Shown: positions 1 through 11,543, counted from the first letter of the stretch. The stretch is 64,000 bases of DNA from Chrysemys picta bellii (GCF_011386835.1 NC_088807.1:25916001-25980000); one strand, 5' to 3'. The notes: generated by a model not told the origin, from the letters alone. Translations and numbers: made by a program.

Positions 1-504
1 CATCTCTCTGTCTATCTCCCCCCATCTCTCCTTCTCAGAAGTGGTGCCTCCAGCCCGGCCGGGGAGGCCCCTTTCCTCCCGGCCCTATCCGCCCCCCGAT
101 CTCGCACGCAGCCCCCCAGCGGCCGCCAGGGCCTGGCCCCGCTGTGAACCCAGGAGTCCTGCCCCCCCACTCCCCTCCCCAGGGACTGAACCCAGGAGTC
201 CTGCCCCCCCACTCCCCTCCCCTCCGCAGGGACTGAACCCAGGAGTCCTGCCCCCACCCACTCCCCTCCGCAGGGACTGAACCCAGGAGTCCTGCCCCCC
301 CACTCCCCTTCCCTCCCCTCCCCTCCCCAGGGACTGAACCCAGGAGTCCTGGCTGCAGGGGCGGGGGGAAGAGGGTGGCGCAGTGCAGAGGAAGTCGGCA
401 CCATCTCAAAACTGATTTCAAAAGCTGCCCTTGCCTCATCCCTGCCAACGCAGCAGAGATGGGGCAGATAACACGGGGCGGGGGCAGCGAACTAACCACC
501 CCAC

Positions 505-975
505 AATGGAGGGGGGCAGGGAGCCTGGGTTCTCTCCAGCTCTGGGAGGGGAGGGGGTCGACTGGGGTTAGAACGGGGGGCTGGGAGCCAGGTCGCCTGG
601 GTTCTCTCCGGCTCTGGGAGGGGAGGGGGTCGACTGGGGTTAGAACGGGGGGCTGGGAGCCAGGTCGCCTGGGTTCTCTCCGGCTCTGGGAGGGGAGGGG
701 GGTCGACTGGGGTTAGAGCAGGGGGGCTGGGAGCCAGGTCGCCTGGGTTCTCTCCGGCTCTGGGAGGGGAGGGGGGTCGACTGGGGTTAGAGCAGGGGGG
801 CTGGGAGCCAGGTCGCCTGGGTTCTCTCCGGCTCTGGGAGGGGAGGGGGTCGACTGGGGTTAGAGCAGGGGGGCTGGGAGCCAGGTCGCCTGGGTTCTCT
901 CCGGCTCTGGGAGGGGAGGGGGTTGACTGGGGTTAGAGCAGGGGGCTGGGAGCCAGGTCGCCTGGGTTCTCTCCC
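505..975 (+). repeat. ~74-bp tRNA/SINE-head-derived tandem repeat array
   Basis: Unit: ggttagagcaggggggctgggagccagg(actc/tcgc)ctgggttctctccggctctgggagggg. Confidence 0.85.
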
Positions 976-1099
976 GGGCTCTACATAAAGGTCGGTCAGG
1001 GGGTGTATTTCCCCACCCCACTCTGTGCCCTGTTCTTCTCACGTTGTGAATTTTGTTGCTCTTTTAATCTCCTGTCCATTCGTAAATCACAATTCAACC

Positions 1100-2290
1100 C
1101 AGCCCTGCCACCACCACCGAACACACACTCCCAGCCCCCCCTCACCGCACAAATGCACCCCCTTCGCCGCTACTTAACCATCCCCACGGTGCCACCCCAC
1201 CATGATCAACACACACACAAACCACTGCCCCGAAACAACGCACAATCCCAGACCACGAGGACACACACCCAGCAGAGCTCAGCCTCGCCAGCAGGGGCAT
1301 CAGGGACGGACACGGACACACACACACACACACACACTCTACAAAGACAGGCAAAGAAATCCAGACTAAATCACAACTCCCTCCGCGACACACAAGCACT
1401 CTCCAAAATACCACACCCTAGAAAAACACACAAACACCCCACAAAGCCAACACTCAGCACCCCCAGAACAACAGACTCACATGTCGGACAACACACGCAG
1501 AGAAATACATCCCAAAAAAGCCCCCCCACCCAGCCACAACACGCTGCTAACCCACGGATACGGCACACACAAGCTAACAAGCCAACACAAACCCCTGCCA
1601 CACAAACAGCTAAGACATACACACCCACCAAACAACCACAACAGCCCACACAGACATGCCAAATCAACACAAACAACACATCAAGTCACAGCCACCGAAA
1701 CTATCGCCCGCCACATGAAACACACCGCACAGGCAGTCCCAAACAGCGCACCCTCCCCCGGCCCCCCCACCACAGCCCAAACCACACACAGCATAAACAA
1801 CACACACAAAAACACACAGATGCACCTTCAGTACTACAAAAACACAGCCCAGTCCCACACAAAGAGACACAACCCAGAAAGAGACACCCCTCAACACCAC
1901 TGCAAAGACACACAACCCAAACACACACCCCACCACATCCCGGAGACAGACACACAAAGACACACAACCCAAGGGGACATCCTCTCCCCACCACTACAAA
2001 GACAAACAACCCAACCACCATCACAACCCAAACCCCCTGAACACTACAAAAACACAGCCACACACACACACAACCCATGGGGAAACACCCTCAACACCAC
2101 CGCAAAGACAGACGCACAGCACCACAACCCGAATGTGCAACCAAAGGCACGCACCCTGAATGCGACAAAAACTCCACCCAAAGACACACACACAACCCCT
2201 CGACACCGCCGCAAAGACAGACACACCACCACAACCCAAAACCCACCCCCCATGACAGACACACTCCAAACTCCCCCTGCGCACCCCCCC
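1100..2290 (+). repeat. C/A-rich low-complexity region with imperfect acacacaa/caaagac units
   Basis: Strong depletion of G and T on the plus strand; (AC)n at ~1319-1337. Confidence 0.7.
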
Positions 2291-2420
2291 ATCACCCCCA
2301 CTTCCATCTCCTTGGGCCATTTTCACATCCAGCTCCAGGATGGCCCCTGCCCCCGATCTCTGCGTTGTGTGGGTGTGTACCAGGCCGGAGGGGGAGGAAA
2401 TCGGACGTGTGGGGCCCAAC

Positions 2421-2490
2421 GATTATACAGCCCTTATCGGGATTAGGGCCTCAGATAAGAAATAGCCGGGAGATAATTTTTATCTCCCTT
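2421..2490. promoter_or_regulatory. Cluster of four GATA motifs including a perfect inverted pair
   Basis: CTTATC 2433-2438, AGATAAG 2453-2459, and GGGAGATAA-ttt-TTATCTCCC 2468-2488. Confidence 0.6.
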
Positions 2491-2989
2491 GCCTTGACGG
2501 GCAGCTCACACGGCAGTCACAGATTTGCCCCGATGCGGCTCAGTGGGTAGAACAATGTGTATTGTAACCCCCCACCCACCCCAGAACGGGGATGACATCC
2601 CCTCGCCCCCCCCCACGATTTACCTCGCGAAGGCTTCGAAAGAACCCAGGCGTCCGGGAGGCTGAGAGGAGAGAACGGAAGGTAAATTGCTGATCCTCTG
2701 GGGTATTGCGCAGAGGAGTGGGGTCGGGGGGGGGGGGGGGAAGAGAAATGTCTCGAGATGGGGGTGGTCTCCCCCCCCCCCGGACTGGACGTTTCCAGAC
2801 AAGGGTTCCCCCCGATCCCCGCACGACCAGCCGGGGGGAACTCAAACGGGGGGTGGGAACCCCGACATTAACCTGCAACGGACCCGCTGGGACCTGCCAG
2901 TCTTCTCACCCCTTTTCCTCGTGCGATCCGTCCGTCTGCCCCGCCCCCCCACCCCGCCATCCGTCCCCCCACCACACCCCGCCATCCCC

Positions 2990-3680
2990 CACGCCCTATC
3001 CACCCATCTCCCCCCCGTGCCCCCTGGCACCCCCACCCCGCCATCCGCCCCCCTCACCCTCCTGTGCCCCCTGGCACCTCCACCCCCGCCATCTGCCCCA
3101 CCACCACCCTCCTGTGCCCCCTGGCACCCCCTGTGCCCCCTGTTCCCAGTGCCCCTGGCACCCCCGCCAGCCCTCCTCCGTTCCCAGTGCCCCCTGGCCC
3201 CCCGCACCAGCCCTCCTCCGTTCCCAGTGCCCCCTGGCCCTCCCCGCCAGCCCTCCATTCCCAGTGCCCCCTGGAAACCCCGCCAGCCCCCCTCCATTCC
3301 CAGTGCCCCCTGGCACCCCTGCCAGCCCTCCTCCGTTCCCAGTGCCCCCTGGCACCCCCCCACCAGCTCCCCTCCATTCCCAGTGCCCCCTGGCGCCCAT
3401 GCCAGCCCCCCTCTGTTCCCAGTGCCCCCTGGCGCCCCGCACCAGCCCTCCTCCATTCCCAGTACCCCCTGGCACCCCACACCAGCCCCCCATTCCCAAT
3501 GTCCCCAGCACCCCCGCCAGCCCTCTGTTCCTAATGCCCTCTGCCCCCCCCGCCAGCCCCCCTCCGTTCCCAGTGCCCCCTGGCGCCCGCGCCAGCCCCC
3601 CTCTGTTCCCAGTGCCCCTTGGCCCCCCCCGCCAGCCCTCCTCCGTTCCCACTGCCCCCTGGCGCCCGCGCCAGCCCTCC
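2990..3680 (+). repeat. ~39-bp C-rich minisatellite
   Basis: ccagccctcctccgttcccagtgccccctggcacccc units. Confidence 0.85.
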
Positions 3681-4544
3681 GTTTGCAGTTCCTCTGCACC
3701 CTTCCATCCCGTCCCGATTCGCTCTGCCCGTTGGCCTCTCTCCACAACTCCCCCAAACCGGACGCCACCCGTCCCCCGCCGGCCTCGGCTTGACACTCAC
3801 CTAGAGCTGGGCAAGAAATTTGGGGGGGCCCCCACATGCGGTGCCAGGTGGACCCTTGGCAAATTTCGAGGGGGGGTTTGAAGCACAGCGAGCTCCCCAG
3901 ATCTAGCCGGCCGTGGGTCCGCCCCAACTTGCTGGGTGGCTCCGAGAGACAGAGAACAGGAGGGGGGGGGGCAGAGACGCTAAAAATGACACAGCAGCCC
4001 AGGCTGGTGAGGTCCCGCCTTCTGAGACGGGACGGGCTCTCGTGGGGCACAGAGGGGGGGGAGAGAGCAGCTGGGGGTCTCCTGCCCCCCACCCTGGAGA
4101 ACTCAATTACCCCCCAATGTGCAGCAGAGAGAGAGACAACCAGCCCCCTAAACTCTCTCTAGTGTAGAAGGAGATGGGTCTAGTGGTTCGGGGGGCGGGA
4201 GGGGGGAGCCAGAACTCCTGGGTTGTCTCGGAGGGAAGTGGGGGTCTATTGGGTAGAGGGGAGGGGCTGGAAGCCAGGACTCCTGGGTTCTCTGGGAGGA
4301 GACTGGGCCTTAGGGGGCGGGGTGGGGGGGGCGCTGGGAGGCAGGACGCCCTATTCTCTGCCTGGCTCAGTGGGAGGAGGCAAGTAAACATTGGAGGGAG
4401 GGTTGGGAGTTTTGGGGTCTTGGTGCTGTACCCCCACGCTCGTCCAGGGGGAGGGGAGGCAGCGATGGATACATGGGGGGGACGGCAACTGGTCTATCAT
4501 CACTCAGCATTCCTAGAGATTTCACACGTGGGGCAGATCGCAGA

Positions 4545-4850
4545 TGGCGCCCCCCAGAGGGGACAGGCCCTGTGCCCCATTCCCCGCCCTCCCCGAGCCA
4601 GCCAGTCCCTGCCCTGAGGCCGGATGAGACCCGGTGCCCCCCCAGAGGGGACAGGCCCCAGCCCCACTCCCCACCCCCTGAGCCAGCCAGTCCCTGCCCT
4701 GGGGCCGGATGAGACCCGGTGCCCCCCAGAGGGGACAGGCCCCTGCCCCATTCCCCGCCCTCCCCGAGCCAGCCAGGCCCTGCCCTGGGGCCGGATGAGA
4801 CCCGGTGCCCCCCAGAGGAGACAGGCCCCAGCCCCATTCCCTGCCCCACT
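4545..4850 (+). repeat. ~85-bp repeat family (ccagaggggacaggcccc..gagccagccagtccctgccctgggg)
   Basis: Also at 11325-11530, 29160-29280, 29690-30435, 42480-42885 and, inverted, 38095-38200 in part and 51215-51650. Confidence 0.8.
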
Positions 4851-4895
4851 AACCGCCCGGCCAGTTTGGGGCCTGGGGAGGTGATGGCAGCAGGC

Positions 4896-4930
4896 CTGGA
4901 AGTCCCCGATAAGCCCTTATCTGATGCCAG
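4896..4930. promoter_or_regulatory. Palindromic double-GATA site with ETS core and CTG-N9-GATA composite
   Basis: CTG 4896-4898, GGAAGT 4898-4903, GATAAG 4908-4913, cc spacer, CTTATC 4916-4921. Confidence 0.6.
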
Positions 4931-5104
4931 GGTCAGGAGCTGGCGGTTGGCGGATTCTTGGTGACGGGGCCTGGAACAACCCACGCCATAGTGCTGGGCG
5001 GGCAGCGCAGGGGGCAAGGTGGGGAATAACAGTCCTGGGTGGGGGAGACGTCCCCAGGTCCCCCACTGCGTCTGGGGTGCGAGGGCCACAGTCTTCCTGG
5101 CCTG

Positions 5105-5420
5105 TTCACTCCCCTCCCTCTGCTAGTGTTCCAGAGCCGGGGAAAGAACCCAGGAGTCCTGGCTCCCAGCCCGCCCCCCCCCCTCTAACCGCTAGACCCC
5201 ACTCCCCTCCCAGAGCCGGGGAGAGAACCCAGGAGTCCTGGCTCCCAACCCTCCTCCCCGCTCTAACCCACCAGATCCCACTCCCCTCCCAGAGCCGGGG
5301 AGAGAACCCAGGAGTCCTGGCCCCCTGCTCTAACCACCAGCCCCCACTCCCCTCCCAGAGCCGGGGACAGAACCCAGGAGTCCTGGCCCCCAGCCCCCCT
5401 GCTCTAACCACTAGACCCCA
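5105..5420 (-). repeat. ~74-bp SINE-head repeat array
   Basis: agaacccaggagtcctggctcccagccccc..ctctaacc units. Confidence 0.85.
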
Positions 5421-5639
5421 CTGCGGCTGTAGCTGGGGGCGTCCCTGCGACACTGGCTGATAGAAACTGATGCAGATTCTGTGTCAGGATGAACCCCCTG
5501 GCCCTGCGCACAGGCCGGGGGGGTGAGTCTAACCCAGACTTCAGGGGAAGCCAGCGACCGATTCTCTGAAAAACACCCGCTTATCTCCCAGCGCCAGATA
5601 AAGGGGAAGGAGCTGAGCAAGAGAGAGAGATGAGTCCAA

Positions 5640-6440
5640 ACCCAGCCCCACGGTGCCCCTCACTCCCCACCCGCAGCCCCTGCCCTCCCCACCCTCCAAC
5701 CCAGCCCCGCAGTGCCCCTGACTCCCCACCCGCAGCCCCTGCCCTCCCCACCCTCCAACAGCCCCGCGGTGCCCCTCACTCCCCACCCGCAGCCCCTGCC
5801 CTCCCCACCCTCCAACCCAGCCCAGCGGTGCCCCTCACTCCTGACCCGCAGCCCCTGCCCTCCCCACCCTCCAACAGCCCCATGGTGCCCCTCACTCCTG
5901 ACCCGCAGCCCCTGCCCTCCCCACCCTCCAACCCAGCCCAGCGGTGCCCCTGACTCCCCACCCGCAGCCCCTGCCCTCCCCACCCTCCAACAGCCCCGTG
6001 GTGCCCCTCACTCCCGACCCGCAGCCCCTGCCCTCCCCACCCTCCAACCCAGCCCAGCGGTGCCCCTCACTCCCGACCCGCAGCCCCTGCCCTCCCCACC
6101 TTCCAACAGTCCCGTGGTGCCCCTCACTCCCGACCCGCAGCCCCTGCCCTCCCCACCCTCCAACAGCCCCGCGGTGCCCCTCACTCCCCACGCGCAGCCC
6201 CTGCCCTCCCCACCCTCCAACAGCCCCGCGGTGCCCCTCACTCCTGACCCGCAGCCCCTGCCCTCCCCACCCTGCAACCCATCCCCGTGGTGCCCCTCAC
6301 TCCCGACCCGCAGCCCCTGCCCTCCCCACCCTCCAACCCAGCCCCGCGGTGCCCCTCACTCCCCACCCGCAGCCCCTGCCCTCCCCACCCTCCAACAGCC
6401 CCGCGGTGCCCCTCACTCCCCACCCGCAGCCCCTGCAATT
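5640..6440 (+). repeat. ~56-59-bp minisatellite
   Basis: cagccccgcggtgcccctcactccccacccgcagcccctgccctccccaccctccaac units. Confidence 0.9.
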
Positions 6441-7249
6441 CCAGCCCTGGGACAGCTCTCTCAGCACTATAGATCCTTGAGCATCAAGCAGAGATCAGTG
6501 TCATTAGGTTAGTAAATACAGTAGGACCTACATTAAGCGCAGCAGGTTCATAACATAAGGCTTGTTGTAATAAGATTGTAATGGACCAGGCTGGGGGGAC
6601 CCTAATGCCCCCTGCTGGAGAGGAGAGGCTCTGAAAACTCCTCTGCGTGTCATGCTTCCTATACTGCTACCCAGTAGCGGAGAGTCTCCGTGCACTCACC
6701 CTCTTTCCCCGAGACGGAGCTCAGCTCCCGGATGATTCTAATCTCGCCCCTGGTTGTCCCGGTGCATCTCCACCCACACATCAGGCGACAACTTCCGGAT
6801 GCCACGGCCAATCCTTTCCAAATTTCCTGGGGACGCTCCGGGCACCGGCGGGCAGGAGTCTGTGGATTTGGGGAGGGGGAGGACATTAGAAAATGGGGGG
6901 ATACACGGGGAGCCCCCACCTGGCATCCGGTCAGCACAGCCCCAATTTTAGCACCTTGGCCATTGAGTGGAGATGAAAGAGCCCCCGGGGCATGAGGCAG
7001 AAAGTGACCCCGTCTCTAGGCCAGCTCCCCAAGGAAGCATAACCTGGGGACCCCTGGAACGACTGACCCCTCAGAGAAGGGTGGTGGAAATGGGGGGGGA
7101 GAACGGGGGACCCTGCTCTGGGGAGATGGGGGGGCACTCAGCTTAGAGGATTAGAGGGAGTCTGTGAATTAGAGGGGGTGGGGGGATGGAGGGGGGCACA
7201 GAGCCCCTGGGGGTGCAGTGAACTTGTCACGAACCACGAGACTGGCTAG

Positions 7250-7540
7250 AAAAGCCCCTTAGTCCATCTAGACCGACTTCCCGAATAGCCCAGGCTAGTG
7301 AATTTCACCGAGGGTCCTCCGCACCAAGCCCACGGACTTGGCTAAAGCCCCTTCCGGAAAGGATCCGGCCCGGATCTGACCCCACGGGAGTTGGGGAATC
7401 CACCACGTCCCTGGGCGGTTTGTTCCAAAGGCTCATTACCCGCGCCGGGAAATGTTGGGGCTGCGTTTCAGCTGGGCTCCTGCCTTTCGCAGGGAGATTA
7501 ATAACCTCGTTAGTACCTGGGATTCTCTCCCTGGGAAGGG
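7250..7540 (-). mobile_element. CR1-type LINE, 3' end of ORF2, degenerate
   Basis: Minus-strand translation FPARVMSLWNKPPRDVVDSPT resembles the CR1 ORF2 C-terminal RVVNxWNxLPxEVV motif. Confidence 0.6.
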
Positions 7541-7569
7541 GTTTATACATCCGAACCAAGCCAGTCCTT

Positions 7570-7790
7570 GATCGGTTGGGGTGTGGGCAGCACCCGGCCC
7601 GACGGGGGGGCCCTGTTCGCGGGCGGGGTGTGGGCAGCGCCCGGCCCGACGGGGGGGCCCTGATCGCGGGCGGGGTGTGGGCAGCGCCCGGCCCGACGGG
7701 GGGGGCCCTGATCGCGGGCGGGGTGTGGGCAGCGCCCGGCCCGACGGGGGGGCCCCTGATCGCGGGCGGGGTGTGGGCAGCGCCCGGAAT
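7570..7790 (+). repeat. ~47-bp GC-rich minisatellite, about 5 units
   Basis: ggggtgtgggcagcgcccggcccgacgggggggccctgatcgcgggc. Confidence 0.85.
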
Positions 7791-8589
7791 GACCAGACCC
7801 CGATCTCACAATCAAAGTTTACTGCGGAAACCTTAAACTATCTGGCATGTCCTCATTTCTTTTTTAAAATGTAACTAAGCTCTTTGCCTGGCCTTTCCTA
7901 GATTGTTTTATTTCCTTATTGACAGGGGAACAATTCTGCAGCTTACCGAGCTCTGCACGGGTCTGAGCTAGCAAGGGTGAGAGAGAAGGAAAGATTCTGC
8001 TCGGGGAACAGAGGGTGCACTGAAGGACGACACAATGACTGAAAGATCACTCGAAGGGAGGAGTTTCCACCCTCCTGGCTCCTTTTCTGGGGATCTCGGC
8101 TTCCCTGACTCCACCCTTTTCTGGCTCCCCAGGGCTCGGTCATTCTCTTCTCCATTTGCACCTTCTCCCCCCCACAAACCCGGGTCCAACTCCCGCCTCC
8201 ACTCCCGGATCGACCTCGCCAAGCTAAAATCCGGCCCTCTCCTGGCTGTCTAGGCAGCTCCTCGCCTCCCCCGCCACCCAACCCAGCTTGCCTGTTGCCA
8301 TCGACGCGGGCCTCCCTCCCACGTGCGGACTCCGTGCAAATCTTGTGGTTGCCGCCCGACGTCCTCAAGTTCTAGCTTTTCCTCTCCATTCAGCCAGCCG
8401 ACCGCTCTCCTCACCCCACCGCATTGTCCGTGCGATCTTGTCCAGAATGGGGGCCCCCCCGCCGAGATCCTCCTCTGAGCCCGTTTCTCTGTCCACGTTG
8501 CCCCTAAGAAGAGAAGCACAGCCACGCTGGGTCAGTCCAATCGCTAGCCCGGGGTCCTGTCTGCCGACAGCAGCCAACACCAGGTGCTT

Positions 8590-8750
8590 CGGAGGGAACG
8601 AAGAGTGACCCATCCCATCGCCCAGTCCCAGCTCCTGACAGGCAGAGGTTTAGGGACCCCCAGAGCATGGGGTAGCGGCCCTGGCCAATAGCCACTGATG
8701 GACCTATCTGCCATGAACGGATCTAGTGCCATTTCCAACCCTTGCAGCCC
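8590..8750 (-). mobile_element. CR1 LINE 3' fragment
   Basis: ccaatagccactgatggacctatc.ccatgaac on the plus strand; the same block occurs in the CR1 copy at 52010-52100. Confidence 0.55.
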
Positions 8751-8769
8751 CCCACTGACCCCCCCTTCT

Positions 8770-9880
8770 CTGGCACATCAAACATAAGGTGTTTGGACAA
8801 TGAGAAGGAGGTTTTTTTAACCACATGAGGAACACAAAGGATCCCAAGAATGGTATTAGTCCATTCCTTGATGCACATGGTAGACTTACCAATACTAGCA
8901 CAGAACAGGCAGACACGGTCAATAAATATTTCTGTTCTGCGTAAAAAAACCCACTCGGACGAGTGATGACAACACTTTTTCCATTCCACTAGTGCCTCTG
9001 GAGGACGCTACTAAAGTCAGACATTTTTACATCGTCAGGCCCAGAGACCTTCAATCCAAGAGTTTGAAGAGAGCTGGCCGAGGAGCTGGCAGTACTGTTA
9101 CTTGGAGCACTGGGGGAAGGTCAATGTGTAATAAATCTGCAATAAACCAAGGTGCCAATTTTTGAAAAAGGGTGAACGAGATGATCTGGGTAATTATAGA
9201 CCTGTCAGCCTGACATCCATCCTGGGCAAGATAATGGAGCGGCTGATACAGGACTCAATTAATGAAGAATTAAAAGAGAGTGACATAATTAATGCCAATC
9301 AACAGGGGTTTACGGAAAATAGATGCGGTCAAACTAACTTAGTATCTTTTTTTGACGAGATTACACGTTTGGTTGCTAAAGATGGCAGCGTTGATGTAAC
9401 AGGCAGACTTCGCTGAGGCGTTTGACCTGGTCCCGCGTGACACTGATTAAAAATTCACACAATGTAACATTAACACAACCCACATTAAATGCCTTAAAAA
9501 CTGGCTAACTGATAGATCTCGGAATGTAACTGTAAGCGGGGAATGATCCCCGAGTGGGTCTGTTTCCAGTGGGGTCCCCTGGAATCAGTTCTCTGACAGG
9601 CATTTTGATCAATGCCCTGGAAGAAAATATAAAATCATCCCTGATAAAGTTTGCAGATGGCTTAAAAATGGTGGGTAAATAATGCAGGGGGGCAGAGGTA
9701 CCGAGCCACCTGGACTGCCTGGGAACCCGGGCATAAGCAAACCATGTGGGGCTTAGTATGGCTAAATGTGCACGTATCCCGGTAGGAACAAGAACGCTGG
9801 CGGTGCTGAGCTTGGGGGCTCTGCCCTGCGAAGCAGCGACTCTTCGTGGCGAGGAATCTAGGACTGTATAAGGTCTCCGG
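8770..9880 (+). mobile_element. CR1-type LINE ORF2 reverse transcriptase fragment, frameshifted
   Basis: 9162-9416 encodes KKGERDDLGNYRPVSLTSILGKIMERLI..QQGF..CGQTNLVSFFDEIT, followed by DF..AFDLVP and KFAD remnants. AT-rich relative to its flanks. Confidence 0.9.
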
Positions 9881-10784
9881 CAGCCGATCTAGCCCCGTCG
9901 CTATCCGGATCTCCACTCCTGCCCCCGCCTCCAGCCTCCATCGTCCGCTGGTGTCTCTCCCCACTGAGCATCTTCGGGCTCGGGCGCACAGCCCCCCGTT
10001 CTCCGCCTCCTTTGCCGTGATGCCTCGGGAAAAAACCTAGGCGAGGGGAAGGCTACCGTGGCGTGGAGCTGGCTGCAATAGGGACTCGTTGTTCCCTTGC
10101 GGTACCCAGTCTGGACCCGCCCCAGGTCTCGTCTCAGACGGGAAGCTCTGCGGGCGCAGGGATTGTCTTTCTGTTACATGTTTGTACAGCGCCCGGCGCG
10201 GTGGGTCCTGGGCCATGGCTGGGGTGCCTAGGAGGTACCGTAATACACCTAATAGACACTGTACAGCGCCTGGCGCGGTGGGGTCCTGGGCCATGGCTCA
10301 GGTGCCTAGGAGGTACCGTAATACACCTAATAGACACTGTACAGCGCCTGGCGCAATGGGCCGTCACCCAGAGGGTGCTAACGAACGATGGAGAGAGATC
10401 ACGCTGCAGACGGGCGGGAGAAGGTGCTAATGAAAGACAGAACGAGGGTGACAGGCGGAGAGCGGGACAGCGAAAGACAGGGCCTGACAGTGACTGAAGG
10501 AAGGGAGACACGTGCGAGAGGAAGGAAGACGTGAAAGAGACATGAAGAATGAAAGCGCGCGAGAGCAGGACAGGCCAAGGAGCAGGAACGGAGGGAGACG
10601 AGGCCAGAGCAGGGCAGGAAAGTGAGGGCTCTTGTGCCCCCCACCCCCCCAGCAACGCCAGCACAGCCCAGAGGCGGGCACATGGCGACAGAGATAGCGC
10701 TATCTCCCGGCTCAGGCTGGGCGGCTGTCACCCGCCTGTCACTGCCGGGAGAACGGGCAAGTGAGGCAGAGCCAAAGACTGGAC

Positions 10785-11100
10785 CCAGGAGTCCTGGCTC
10801 CCAGCCCCCCTGCTCTAACCACTAGACCCCACTCCCCTCCCAGAGCCGGGAGAGAACCCAGGAGTCCTGGCTCCCAGCCCCCCAACTCTAACCCACTAGC
10901 CCCCAGTCCTCTGCCAGAGCCGGGTATAGAAACCAGGAGTCCGGGCTCCCAGCCCCCACTGCTCTAACCACTACACCCCACTCCCCTCCCAGAGCCAGGG
11001 AGAGAACCCAGGCGTCCGGGCTCCCAGACCACCCAGCTCTAACCCACCGGCCCCCGCTTCCCTCACAGAGGTGGGTGAGAACCCAGGAGTTCTGGCTCCC
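10785..11100 (-). repeat. ~74-bp SINE-head repeat array
   Basis: Same unit. Confidence 0.85.
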
Positions 11101-11543
11101 ACATACAGAACCAGACCAGGGGGTGGGGCAATTCCAGGAAAGGGGCCGGGAGTCAGTTCACAGTAAACGAAAGCCGTTTAATTACAAAACTCAGTGACAC
11201 CAGAGTCCAGAGAGCACCAGGAACCAGAGGGGGAGATGTTGGGGGGACGGACAGACTGGGGGTCCCTATTACAGGGACTATATAGGGGACTGGGGCCAAT
11301 CTTCACCCTCCACAGGGCTGGATCAGAGCCGGCGCCCCCCAAGAGGGGACAGGCCCCTGCCCCGTTCCCCGCCCCCTGAGCCAGCCAGTTCCCGCCCTGG
11401 GGCCGGGTGGGAGCCGGCGCCCCCTAGAGAAGACAGGCCCCTGCCCCATTCCCTGCCCCCCTGAGGCAGCCAGTCCCTGCCCTGGGGCCGGGTGGGAGCC
11501 GGCGCCCCCCAGAAGGGACAGGCCCCGTGTCCCATCTTCACCC

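Noticed and set aside
39-147. Possible plus-strand terminal exon (ccttctcag|..SGASSPAGEAPFLPALSAPRSRTQPPSGRQGLAPL*)
   Set aside because: The peptide is not recognisable, no polyA signal follows, and upstream context is outside the window.
1003-2446. 345-aa and 321-aa Thr/His/Gln-rich ORFs
   Set aside because: Products of C/A-rich low-complexity DNA, with no domain or splice support.
2687-4092. Overlapping Pro/Gly-rich ORFs of 266-416 aa
   Set aside because: They run through the 39-bp minisatellite.
5488-5522. Plus-strand 35-nt exon-like segment (cag|gATGAACCCC..ggg|gtgagt)
   Set aside because: Isolated, with no partner plus-strand exons found, so it cannot be supported.
10037-10294. Peptide VLRYLLG resembling proSAAS (PCSK1N) LLRYLLGRIL at a syntenically plausible place
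   Set aside because: It derives from the taccgtaatacacctaatag repeat family, and no other proSAAS motif or exon structure is present.
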